Part shown: piece by piece, positions 1 through 8,913 of the stretch
Layout: every line of letters starts with the position of its first letter
How positions within the stretch are numbered: the first letter of the stretch is position 1
DNA from: Prochlorococcus sp. AG-355-N16
GTDB lineage: Bacteria > Cyanobacteriota > Cyanobacteriia > PCC-6307 > Cyanobiaceae
Length of the DNA: 64,000 nt
Assembly: GCA_003278545.1 (NCBI GenBank)
Contig: QCEF01000004.1
Span: 27,194 to 91,193, forward strand
Reading direction: 5' to 3'
Translations under genes and position numbers: made by a program
The notes under the pieces: generated by a model
Told to the model about the DNA's origin: nothing
The model's input: only the letters and a program-made list of their open reading frames with translations
Databases searched by the model: none

Positions 1-73
1 CTGAGCGATTAGCTACACCTGAATTTCCAGCCCACCACCCGTAAGTGGTATCTGGATTACCGTAGGTTTGCAT
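1..73 (-). CDS. pcb: Chlorophyll a/b-binding antenna protein Pcb, 5' end (runs off the left edge)
   Basis: Reverse complement from ATG at 73 reads MQTYGNPDTTYGWWAGNSGVANRS, the typical Prochlorococcus Pcb N-terminus; absent from the ORF track because it is truncated. Confidence 0.93.
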   Translation of the reverse strand, partial: MQTYGNPDTTYGWWAGNSGVANRS

Positions 74-143
74 TTAGGAAATGATTAGCTTAAACGTTTC
101 GAGAATACTTTAATTTTCATCAAACGGTTGAATTCACAACAAA

Positions 144-161
144 ATTGTAAAAATTAGTAAT
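144..161 (-). promoter_or_regulatory. HLR1-like direct repeat (putative RpaB site) upstream of pcb
   Basis: Minus strand reads ATTACTAA-TT-TTTACAAT against the HLR1 consensus (G/T)TTACA(T/A)(T/A)-N2-(G/T)TTACA(T/A)(T/A): 6/8 and 8/8 matches. Confidence 0.45.
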
Positions 162-401
162 CCTAAGAAAAAAAAATTTATTAATTTCCCAAATAGATCA
201 AATATAGAATAAGTTAGATTTCATCAGTAAAGTTATTGCTAGATAATAGATTACACATCAAATTAAAAGATTTTTAATTTTAATTTTTTTTTATTAAATT
301 TCTTTTTGCTGACATTAAAAGACTTTTTGTTTCATTAATCCATCCTATTTATTGCCTCAATCTCAAACAATTATTAAATATGAGATAAGACATCTAATAT
401 T

Positions 402-578
402 ATGACTACTTCTCAAGAGTCTTCTAGAAAATTATCACTAGAAATGAAATCTGAAGTTCATTACAAAAGGGCTGCAAAATCATACAGAAAATCAAAACAA
501 TATATAAATATGATTAACTTATATCCAACTTTGCAAAATACCTTAATTGAGTGTAAGGATGAGAATCTAATAGAGTAG
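402..578 (+). CDS. Small hypothetical protein (58 aa), below the ORF-track cutoff
   Basis: ATG at 402 to TAG at 576-578: MTTSQESSRKLSLEMKSEVHYKRAAKSYRKSKQYINMINLYPTLQNTLIECKDENLIE; fills an otherwise empty 550-bp gap. Confidence 0.5.
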   Translation: MTTSQESSRKLSLEMKSEVHYKRAAKSYRKSKQYINMINLYPTLQNTLIECKDENLIE

Positions 579-621
579 ATATTTTATATATTTTTCCAAA
601 TCAATAACAAATTTATTACTT

Positions 622-855
622 TTAGGCTGCAATATTGTAGTTTTCTCCAGAATAAAATTTATTGATTATTTTTCTGCACATTTTTATATTATAAAGCGCT
701 TTAGGTTTCCAAGGTTTTTTCTGACCTAGTGGAGAGCTTTTCCAATGAATCCCAGGCTTGAGTATTCCATTTTCACGTAAAAATGATAGTTTATTTTCAG
801 TTATTCCTAATTTTTCGGCAGTCAACTCAGATGAGCTCCATATTTCCCTCAACAT
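622..855 (-). CDS. Small helix-turn-helix protein (MerR/excisionase-like)
   Basis: SSELTAEKLGITENKLSFLRENGILKPGIHWK fits the winged-HTH excisionase-like pattern. Confidence 0.7.
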   Translation of the reverse strand: MLREIWSSSELTAEKLGITENKLSFLRENGILKPGIHWKSSPLGQKKPWKPKALYNIKMCRKIINKFYSGENYNIAA

Positions 856-990
856 TGAATTACGTAAATATAATTAATCCTTGATAACGTTAATTTTATT
901 TTTTTGAAAGGGGTAAAACTTTTAAATAATTATTAAGTAACAAAAACCGTGTATTTATAAAGAAAAGAGATTTGAAAGATTTATGTCAAA

Positions 991-1290
991 TTAAGAAATA
1001 TTAAATAAAGAATCTTCATTAATAAATATCTCATCAATATCTTCTCCTTTATTCATGGATTTATATTTGATGTATTCTTCTGTAATCGATTTAATCTTTG
1101 GAAGATTGATCCAACCTTTGTGCCAATTTCCACTATTTATTAGTTCTTCGTAGGTAGTTTTTAAGTAAATTTCAGAATCAAGGACAGAAACCATTAAAAA
1201 AGTAATTTTTCCTTGTTCTCTAGTCTCATTTACTAAAACAAAATGTCTCAATCCATTTATGTTTTTAGTTGAAGTCCAGAAATTTTCCAT
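991..1290 (-). CDS. Trp-rich conserved small protein (TIGR02450/DUF2389-like)
   Basis: N-terminal WTSTKNINGLRHF motif and C-terminal LINSGNWHKGW resemble this family. Confidence 0.7.
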   Translation of the reverse strand: MENFWTSTKNINGLRHFVLVNETREQGKITFLMVSVLDSEIYLKTTYEELINSGNWHKGWINLPKIKSITEEYIKYKSMNKGEDIDEIFINEDSLFNIS

Positions 1291-1313
1291 AATTATTTTT
1301 TCTTAATGTTCAC

Positions 1314-1592
1314 CTAAGAATTTTCTCTAGATATTTTTTTATATTCATTTCTAATTTCTTCTAATAAAATTTTTCTTTTATCCATATAATTCAAAGAATC
1401 TTTTTTTTGTAAGTTATATCTTTCTTTTTTAGTTAAATTCATCCAATTATTAAGATTTTTCTTGTTGAAAGTTGTTAATTTTTTAACCTTTAAAACTTTT
1501 TGTTTTATATTGAATTTAAAAAAATTCTTTAAATTAAAAAAAATAATTATCAAAAGAAAAATCATGACTAACATCAAGGGCATCACTATCAC
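1314..1592 (-). CDS. Hypothetical protein with an N-terminal membrane anchor
   Basis: Hydrophobic first ~20 aa then a basic soluble region; GTG start overlaps the hisS TGA stop (GTGA). Confidence 0.65.
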   Translation of the reverse strand: MIVMPLMLVMIFLLIIIFFNLKNFFKFNIKQKVLKVKKLTTFNKKNLNNWMNLTKKERYNLQKKDSLNYMDKRKILLEEIRNEYKKISRENS

Positions 1593-2869
1593 TTTGCAAG
1601 CAAGTTATTATTAATCCACTTTTCTAATTTTATATCATTCTCAAAAGATATAGCCTCTTCTTTATTCCCATTACCTGATTGATCAAAGAGTCTTATTAAA
1701 AATTCTCTTTTAGCTGCCTCATCATCACCTATTACAATAATACTTTTAGATTTAAGTTTATTTGCTTTTTTAAATTGTTTAGAAAATGAGGCTCCACTTA
1801 AATCCAACTCAACTATCAAATCATAATTTCTTAATTTTCTTGATAAATCAATAGCTAATGATTCAGCAATTAAGCCTTGATTAATAATATAAATATCAGT
1901 ATTTCTTGGAACTTCAAGCTCTTTTCCTGCTAGTAAAATTAATCTTTCTAGACCAATAGCAAAACCAATTGCAGGGGTATTTGGCCCTCCCATTTGTTTT
2001 ATTAAATCGTCGTATCTTCCTCCCCCACAAACTGTAGCTTGGGAACCTAAAGACCCACTAGTGATTTCAAAGGCAGTATGGGTGTAATAATCTAAACCTC
2101 TAACTAAATTAAAATTTTCCAAGTATGGTATTTTTAAAACCTGTAATTGTCTTTTTAAATCTGAATATCTTTTTTGACTTTTTTCAGACAAGAAATTAAA
2201 TAATCTTGGTGCATTTTCAAGAACTTTTTTTGTTTGAATATTCTTTGAGTCTAAAATCCTCAAAGGGTTTTTAGTAATCCTATTCTGAGAATCTAAATCA
2301 AGAGAATCTTTATTTGTTTCTAGCCACTTTAAAAAGGATTTTTGAAAATTTAATCTATCATTAAGATCGCCCAAAGTATTTATTTCAAGATTAAGTTCGT
2401 CTATTCCTAATTTACCTAAGATATCCCAAGCTAAAGCAATAATTTCAACATCACTTCTAACAGAATCATGCCCTATAAACTCAACTCCTAACTGATGAAA
2501 CTGTCTTTGCCTGCCTGCTTGAGGTCTTTCGTATCGAAACATAGGACCCATGTACCAAAGTTTTTGAAGAGGATTAGAAGATATTCCATTTTGTATTAAC
2601 GCTCGTGCGACTGAGGCTGTTCCTTCAGGCCTGAGAGTGCAGGATCTCTCACCCCTATCAAGAAACGTATACATTTCCTTACTGACAACATCTGTTCCTT
2701 CACCAATTCCTCTTATAAATAATTCGGTCATCTCCAATATCGGTGTTCTTATTTCTTTGATGGATGCTCTCGAAAGCTGCTCTAATACAATTTTCTCAAC
2801 GTTTTGCCACTTTATTAATTGATCAGGAAATAGGTCTACTGTTCCTCTTAGGTTTTTTAAGTTATTCAA
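1589..2869 (-). CDS. hisS: Histidine--tRNA ligase
   Basis: LRGTVD, LRPEGTA, FRYERPQAGRQRQFHQ, LVRGLDYY, GGGRYD motifs. Confidence 0.98.
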   Translation of the reverse strand: MNNLKNLRGTVDLFPDQLIKWQNVEKIVLEQLSRASIKEIRTPILEMTELFIRGIGEGTDVVSKEMYTFLDRGERSCTLRPEGTASVARALIQNGISSNPLQKLWYMGPMFRYERPQAGRQRQFHQLGVEFIGHDSVRSDVEIIALAWDILGKLGIDELNLEINTLGDLNDRLNFQKSFLKWLETNKDSLDLDSQNRITKNPLRILDSKNIQTKKVLENAPRLFNFLSEKSQKRYSDLKRQLQVLKIPYLENFNLVRGLDYYTHTAFEITSGSLGSQATVCGGGRYDDLIKQMGGPNTPAIGFAIGLERLILLAGKELEVPRNTDIYIINQGLIAESLAIDLSRKLRNYDLIVELDLSGASFSKQFKKANKLKSKSIIVIGDDEAAKREFLIRLFDQSGNGNKEEAISFENDIKLEKWINNNLLAK

Positions 2870-2967
2870 AGTTCTAAAAAATAATTCAAAATTTTTAATT
2901 CATCTAGAAATTAATCTTTGATTGGTTCTTATGTGAGACAATTTTAATTTAACATTTAGAAAAACTA

Positions 2968-3396
2968 TTGGGAATTAATAAAAGTAAAGAAAATCAGCAT
3001 TGCGGTACAAAGCCAAAAAAAATTGCTTTTGGAATAGCGCCTCTTGGTATAGTTTCAATAGGAATAGTGCCTATGGGAGTAATAAGTATTGGAGTAGTCC
3101 CAATGGGTGTATTTTCTTTTGGTGCAGTAGCGATGGGGATAGTCAATTTATCAGTAGTCGGGATGGGAATTATCTCTGCCGGAGTTACTACTATGGGGAT
3201 ATGGGAGTATTCACCTAATTCTCATAACAATCATAATAATCATTCCAAACAAATTTCAAATTCAAATTCAAATAAGGAAAATATGATGTCAGATCTATTT
3301 AACACTAAACAAGAGGCTGAAAAGGCTGCCTCTAAATACGGATGTATTGGAGCACATAAAATGGGTAATAAATGGATGCCTTGTAAGATGCACTAA
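2968..3396 (+). CDS. Hypothetical protein: Gly-every-5 hydrophobic repeat plus a C-terminal DUF3721-like Cys/His domain
   Basis: TTG start; Gly at residues 22, 27, ... 77; C-terminus TKQEAEKAASKYGCIGAHKMGNKWMPCKMH. Confidence 0.8.
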   Translation: MGINKSKENQHCGTKPKKIAFGIAPLGIVSIGIVPMGVISIGVVPMGVFSFGAVAMGIVNLSVVGMGIISAGVTTMGIWEYSPNSHNNHNNHSKQISNSNSNKENMMSDLFNTKQEAEKAASKYGCIGAHKMGNKWMPCKMH

Positions 3397-3426
3397 ATAT
3401 TTTCTTAGTCAAAAATTTATTAAATA

Positions 3427-4206
3427 TCAATTCAAAATCTCTACTCTAAAATCAAGATTTTTTGCCTCATCAGAAGTTAATTTTCTCGACCAAGCTCCTT
3501 GCACTGGACTATTCCATCTGAACCCAGCATTTTTAGCTAAATACCTATCTTCATAACTAACCAAAGCCTTGTATAACAACCTCGGCTCAGAAGCTTTAAG
3601 CAAAAGTTCCTCTAAGTTATCGCATTTTTTGAAGACCTCAGATATATAAAAACAATCAGATAACGCTCTATGTAAATTCCAAACTGGTATCGAAAAAGAT
3701 AAAGCCAGATCTGTTACTGAAGGCCTAGTTTTTAATGATTTTTGAAAAGACCAATTAATATCCTCTAAACTACATATCCATTTTTTATTAAGTTTAGGCA
3801 ATCTTCCTTTCCCAAACCATTTCTTATCAAACTCTACATTATGGGCAACAATGAAATCCGAACAATCAACAAGTTTCAGAAAGAAATTCAATGCATCTTC
3901 CCATGGTTGAGAGATATTAGTTGCTTCAGCAGATATACCATTAACATGTTCGGCTTCATTATTATTAACTGGCAATAAAAATGAAACTTGTGAAAGCACG
4001 CATTTAATAGATACATCAAACAAAATACAACCTATCTCTATCACTTCATCTTTATTTTCGTCTAACCCTGTTGTTTCAGTATCAAGAATTAAAACTTTTT
4101 CAATTTTTTTACTTTGATTAGCAAAACTATCTTCAGAAAGAGGACTGTTAACTTGATCCTGAAGAATATCCAATTGATTTAATTCTTTTTTGTTAGGTAG
4201 TTCCAA
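3427..4206 (-). CDS. DEDDh 3'-5' exonuclease (DnaQ/epsilon-like)
   Basis: ExoI ILDTETTG, ExoII HNVEFD, ExoIII HRALSDC. Confidence 0.92.
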   Translation of the reverse strand: MELPNKKELNQLDILQDQVNSPLSEDSFANQSKKIEKVLILDTETTGLDENKDEVIEIGCILFDVSIKCVLSQVSFLLPVNNNEAEHVNGISAEATNISQPWEDALNFFLKLVDCSDFIVAHNVEFDKKWFGKGRLPKLNKKWICSLEDINWSFQKSLKTRPSVTDLALSFSIPVWNLHRALSDCFYISEVFKKCDNLEELLLKASEPRLLYKALVSYEDRYLAKNAGFRWNSPVQGAWSRKLTSDEAKNLDFRVEILN

Positions 4207-4323
4207 TTAGCTGAAAACACTTTCATTTATCTTGACGCATTTAATAAAAATTTCTCTTAAATTAATATAAATTAAGAAACATGATAAAAAAATAATTATT
4301 GAAACATTCATAGTTTATGAAAG

Positions 4324-5046
4324 ATGACTTTTACAAAATTTCAATTTAATAATTTTTGTTATTGGCCTTCAAATCCTAAAAAAATTGTGGAATTTATTGG
4401 TGGAAGTTATCTAGCTTCTAAACCAGATTTAACTTATAAAAGATTCATAGAGAGTTTAATTGATAAAAACTATGCAGTACATGCCTATAAATACACTCCA
4501 CAATTTGATCACCAACAACTTGCTATTAAAGCATGGAGGGATTTCAAGAATTGCCGAATATCTTTATCAAAGAGAATAGGAGCATCAATTCCTTCAATAA
4601 GAATTGGTCATAGTCTAGGCTGCAAACTTCATCTAATTTCTCCTGATGGTGGAAGAAATTGCGAAAAATTCATATCAATAAGTTTTAATAACTTCAGTGC
4701 TAACAAATCTATTCCATTATTGAAACAAATTTCTCAAAAATTAGAATTCAATAGTGAATTCAGCCCAAGTCCTGAAAGAACTTTGCGATTAATTGAAAAA
4801 ACATATAATCAAAAAAATAACTTCCTAATAAAATTCAACTCAGACGCATTAGATCAAACAGATAAATTATTTTCTTGTCTGAAAGCAAGAAAAGAAGATA
4901 ATTCTAAGGGGGTAATGTTAAAAGGTACACACACTATAATTGCGAGCGCAGGACTAAGAGAAAATTTTTTGGGAGACTGGGCAGATGATGAATTCAAAAG
5001 AAAAACTATAAAAAAAATTTCCTATTTAATTGATGAATCTGATTAG
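4324..5046 (+). CDS. DUF1350-family alpha/beta hydrolase
   Basis: FIGGSYL and GHSLGCKLH nucleophile-elbow motif. Confidence 0.8.
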   Translation: MTFTKFQFNNFCYWPSNPKKIVEFIGGSYLASKPDLTYKRFIESLIDKNYAVHAYKYTPQFDHQQLAIKAWRDFKNCRISLSKRIGASIPSIRIGHSLGCKLHLISPDGGRNCEKFISISFNNFSANKSIPLLKQISQKLEFNSEFSPSPERTLRLIEKTYNQKNNFLIKFNSDALDQTDKLFSCLKARKEDNSKGVMLKGTHTIIASAGLRENFLGDWADDEFKRKTIKKISYLIDESD

Positions 5047-7025
5047 GATAATTCTTTTAGTTTTTCCAAAACAGAACTATCTTCAAGAGTGCTTATATCA
5101 CCGCTAATTTTTTCTCCAGCAGCCAAAGATCTTAAAATTCGCCTCATAATTTTTCCACTACGTGTTTTCGGAAGAGAGTCAGAAATTATGATCTTTTCAG
5201 GCTTTGCAATAATTCCAATTTCATTTACAACATGTTTCTTTAGATCCTCTACTATTTCTGAAGAACTGTTCACGTCTTTCTCTAGAGATACAAAAGCAAC
5301 TATAACTTCACCTTTTAAATCATCTTTTTTACCAACGACTGCAGACTCTGCAACTGATTTATGACTTACCAAAGCAGATTCTATTTCCATTGTTCCTAAC
5401 CGATGTCCTGAAACACTTATGACATCATCAACTCTTCCCATAATCCATATATATCCATCTGCATCAATGCGTGCTCCATCTCCAGCAAAATAAACATTTT
5501 TTTCTCCTTTAAAGGAAATATATTCCCAATAACTCTCCAAATATCTTTCTGAGTTTCCATGAATTGTTCTCATCATTCCTGGCCAAGGTTTCTTAATAAT
5601 TAAATAGCCACCATCGTTCTCCTTAACCTTATCTCCATTCTTATCGACAATTTCAACTTCGATTCCTGGCAGAGGGAAAGTAGCTGAACCTGGCTTTGTA
5701 GGAACGACACCAGGCAAGGGACTTATCATCACACCTCCAGTTTCAGTTTGCCACCAAGTATCCACAATAGGGCATTTATCTTTACCAATAACATCCTTGT
5801 ACCACATCCATGCTTCAGGATTGATTGGTTCTCCAACTGTGCCCAAAAGTCTAAGACTTTCCAAATTATATTTATCGGGTATTTCACGCCCAGACTTCAT
5901 AAATGCTCTTATTGCAGTTGGTGCAGTATAAAAAATAGAAACCTTATATTTTTGAACAATTTCCCAAAAAGCTCCTAAATTTGAGGGTCTTGGCACTCCC
6001 TCATACATTAAGGTTGTAGCACCATTAGATAAAGGCCCATAAACTATGTAACTATGACCTGTAATCCAACCAACATCAGCAGTACACCAGTAAATATCGT
6101 CATCTTTTAAGTCAAAAATCCATTTAAATGTCAAATGGGACCAAAGATTGTAACCACCTGTAGTGTGAACTACACCTTTGGGCTTTCCAGTAGAGCCTGA
6201 AGTATAAAGAATGAAAAGTCTATCTTCGCTATTCATTATTTCTGGTTCACAATGATCTTTTTGATCTTTTAATAATTCTTGCCACCAAAAATCTCTATCA
6301 TCAACCATCGAAATATTTTTTTGGGATCTTTGAACAACTACTACTTTTTCAACAACTTTATCTGCCCCACTTTCAATAGCCGCGTCAACTGCTTTCTTAA
6401 GTTCAATCACCTTATCTTTTCTAAAGCCACCATCAGCAGTAATAACAAATCTGGCGTTCCCATCAATTAACCTATCTTTTAAAGCTTCTGAAGAAAATCC
6501 TCCGAAGACAACTGAATGAGGAGCGCCAATTCTTGCACAAGCTAACATTGCAAACATCGCTTCAGGAATCATCGGCATATAAATACATACCAAATCTCCT
6601 TTTTTTACACCAATTGCTTTTAATGCATTAGCGGCTTTACATACCTCTTTTAGAAGTTCTTCGTAAGTATATTTTTTGCTATCTCCTGGTTCGCCTTCCC
6701 ATATAAGTGCCGTCTTTCCTCCAAGTCCTCTCTTAATGTGTCTATCTAAGCAGTTATATGTAATATTGAGTTTCCCTTCTTTAAACCATTTAAAAAAGGG
6801 TGCATTTTCGTTATCTAATACAGTCTGAAATGGCTCAAACCAATCTAATTCAGATTTTGCAAAAGATTCCCAAAATTGAATAGGATTATCTGATGCTTGT
6901 TTTTTTAGACTTAGTAATTCTTCTTGATTACTAATATTGGAGTTTTCTGCAAATTTTTTTGATGGAGGGAAAATTCTATTTTCTTCAAGTATGTTATTGA
7001 TTGATTTTTTTTTATCTAATGACAT
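5043..7025 (-). CDS. acs: Acetyl-CoA synthetase
   Basis: [14 protein letters not shown]-binding loop, [22 protein letters not shown]. Confidence 0.98.
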   Translation of the reverse strand: MSLDKKKSINNILEENRIFPPSKKFAENSNISNQEELLSLKKQASDNPIQFWESFAKSELDWFEPFQTVLDNENAPFFKWFKEGKLNITYNCLDRHIKRGLGGKTALIWEGEPGDSKKYTYEELLKEVCKAANALKAIGVKKGDLVCIYMPMIPEAMFAMLACARIGAPHSVVFGGFSSEALKDRLIDGNARFVITADGGFRKDKVIELKKAVDAAIESGADKVVEKVVVVQRSQKNISMVDDRDFWWQELLKDQKDHCEPEIMNSEDRLFILYTSGSTGKPKGVVHTTGGYNLWSHLTFKWIFDLKDDDIYWCTADVGWITGHSYIVYGPLSNGATTLMYEGVPRPSNLGAFWEIVQKYKVSIFYTAPTAIRAFMKSGREIPDKYNLESLRLLGTVGEPINPEAWMWYKDVIGKDKCPIVDTWWQTETGGVMISPLPGVVPTKPGSATFPLPGIEVEIVDKNGDKVKENDGGYLIIKKPWPGMMRTIHGNSERYLESYWEYISFKGEKNVYFAGDGARIDADGYIWIMGRVDDVISVSGHRLGTMEIESALVSHKSVAESAVVGKKDDLKGEVIVAFVSLEKDVNSSSEIVEDLKKHVVNEIGIIAKPEKIIISDSLPKTRSGKIMRRILRSLAAGEKISGDISTLEDSSVLEKLKELS

Positions 7026-7119
7026 TAAGTAAATCTATCCTTTATAAATTTAGTCGAAAAAATTTAGGTTTTCAAAAATTTTAATATTAATTTAGCTCAA
7101 AGATTTATTTCTAATAAAT

Positions 7120-8091
7120 CTAATAAATACGGCTTAGAACAAATTCTGGAAGAGCCATTAAAGCTCTTTTATATTCTGAATCAGGAAGCCAGATTATAGC
7201 TTCTTTAGAAAGCATTGCAAAATCCTCAGCTAGTTTCCTGGAACTTTCAATAGCTTTAGAGTTCATGATGATATTAAGAGCATCATCTAGATCATCTTTT
7301 TCAGCAAGTTCTCTGTTAATAAGAACTGACAATTGCTTATTTTCTTCTAAAGCATATAAAACTGGGGCGGTAAGATAACCACTAGCTAGATCACTTACTG
7401 CAGGTTTTCCAAGTTGTTTATCATTTCCAGTAAAGTCAAGAATGTCATCTACAACTTGGAATGCTAAACCAATATTTTTGCCAAAATCGTACAATGAAGT
7501 TAAGTTTTCGTCATTAATCCCGCTCAAAACTCCAGCGGCCTTGCAACTATTGGCTATTAATGATGCTGTTTTACAATAACTTTTATTGATGTATTTGGAA
7601 AAAGATTGAGCCGAATCAAATCTATTTAAATTTTGTTTGATTTCACCCTCAGCTAAATCCATTATTACTCTACTAAGTAATTTAACTACATTTACATTGT
7701 CAAGATTTGCTAGGTGCCAACTTGCTTGAGCGAATAAAAAGTCACCCGCCAAAACAGCTACTCTTGTATTAAATCTACTATGAACTGTATCTACTCCTCT
7801 TCTTGTAGATGCCTCATCAACAACATCATCATGGACTAAAGAGGCTGTATGAATCATCTCAGTTATTTCAGCAAGCCTTTTATGTTTTGTTGTCAAGCAA
7901 AATTCAGGAGATATAGCTTTTGAAATCAATAAAACTATTCCAGGTCTCAACCTTTTCCCCCCAGCACTAAAAAGATGTTCTGCTGCGGCTTGAAGAATTG
8001 GGTGACCAGCTCCTATTAGATTTTTCAGTTCTAAAATAAGATCATCAAGATCATTTTCGACTGGTTGTAGTAGCTCTGTTACTGTATTCAT
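7120..8091 (-). CDS. sds: Solanesyl (polyprenyl) diphosphate synthase
   Basis: GGKRLRP, FARM HDDVVD, SARM VDDILD. Confidence 0.93.
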   Translation of the reverse strand: MNTVTELLQPVENDLDDLILELKNLIGAGHPILQAAAEHLFSAGGKRLRPGIVLLISKAISPEFCLTTKHKRLAEITEMIHTASLVHDDVVDEASTRRGVDTVHSRFNTRVAVLAGDFLFAQASWHLANLDNVNVVKLLSRVIMDLAEGEIKQNLNRFDSAQSFSKYINKSYCKTASLIANSCKAAGVLSGINDENLTSLYDFGKNIGLAFQVVDDILDFTGNDKQLGKPAVSDLASGYLTAPVLYALEENKQLSVLINRELAEKDDLDDALNIIMNSKAIESSRKLAEDFAMLSKEAIIWLPDSEYKRALMALPEFVLSRIY

Positions 8092-8118
8092 GATTGACCT
8101 CTTCTATATCTTAAGGAA

Positions 8119-8913
8119 TCAAACATTACTTCGGAGGTTAACCAACCTAATTTCTTTATTAATTCCAAGCCAAAATTTTACTTTATTGGAAAACTCATCT
8201 TTTTCTGAAGTAACCAAAAAATTTACATTTTCGAAAGAAATACTCTCGTAGCGGTAAGTTTTTGGGATAGAAAAAGATTCATTAAATTTTTTTATTAATG
8301 CTACTGATGGATCAATAATTTTTATATTTGAATCTAATTTTTTTCTTAAAAAGTCATAAATTAAAGGATAGTGACTACATCCAAGTATTAATTCTTCAAT
8401 ATTTCTGTTTATTAGTGGTGTTAAGTATAAATCTGAAAGACTATTTAACTTATCAAGATTTAATTTTTCTTTTTCAATTTCTGATACAAATTCTGGACAT
8501 TCTTGCTGAAATATTATCGTATTCTCTTTTTTAGCAATTATAGCTTTCTCGTAATACGATGATCTAACAGTTGCTTGTGTTGCTAGAACACCAATTATTT
8601 GTTTATCAACTATTTCCGATACTGAGTTTATAAGGTCAAAACAAGGAACCTTTAAGTCATCTTTTAGAATGTCAAGCGCACAAGCATTTGTAGTATTACA
8701 AGCAACTAAAAGTGCATCCAAATTCTTATCAACAAAAAAAGTACAAATCTCCTTTGCAATTAATCTTATCTCTTCAGAATTTTTGTTCCCAAAAGGTATT
8801 CTTTTTGTATCCGCCAAATAAAAAACTTCTAAATCTTTACGTGTTTTTAGTAAAGAATTAAGGATAGTAAAACCACCTATTCCGCTATCAAATATACCTA
8901 TTTTAAGTTTCAC
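8119..8913 (-). CDS. murI: Glutamate racemase
   Basis: FDSGIGG, VACNT, LGCSHYP catalytic Cys motifs. Confidence 0.96.
   Translation of the reverse strand: MKLKIGIFDSGIGGFTILNSLLKTRKDLEVFYLADTKRIPFGNKNSEEIRLIAKEICTFFVDKNLDALLVACNTTNACALDILKDDLKVPCFDLINSVSEIVDKQIIGVLATQATVRSSYYEKAIIAKKENTIIFQQECPEFVSEIEKEKLNLDKLNSLSDLYLTPLINRNIEELILGCSHYPLIYDFLRKKLDSNIKIIDPSVALIKKFNESFSIPKTYRYESISFENVNFLVTSEKDEFSNKVKFWLGINKEIRLVNLRSNV

Noticed and set aside
85-120. 11-codon uORF (MKIKVFSKRLS) on the minus strand ahead of pcb
   Set aside because: Very short ORFs are expected by chance in AT-rich DNA, and it would not be transcribed if the TSS is near 95; revisit only if the TSS maps near 137
3000-3218. Alternative-frame Cys/Trp-rich ORF inside the Gly-repeat gene
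   Set aside because: A by-product of the repeated GGA/GGT/ATG codons in the real frame; no independent support
3347-3556. 69-aa ORF bridging two convergent genes
   Set aside because: Overlaps the ends of two better-supported CDSs; no recognisable motif
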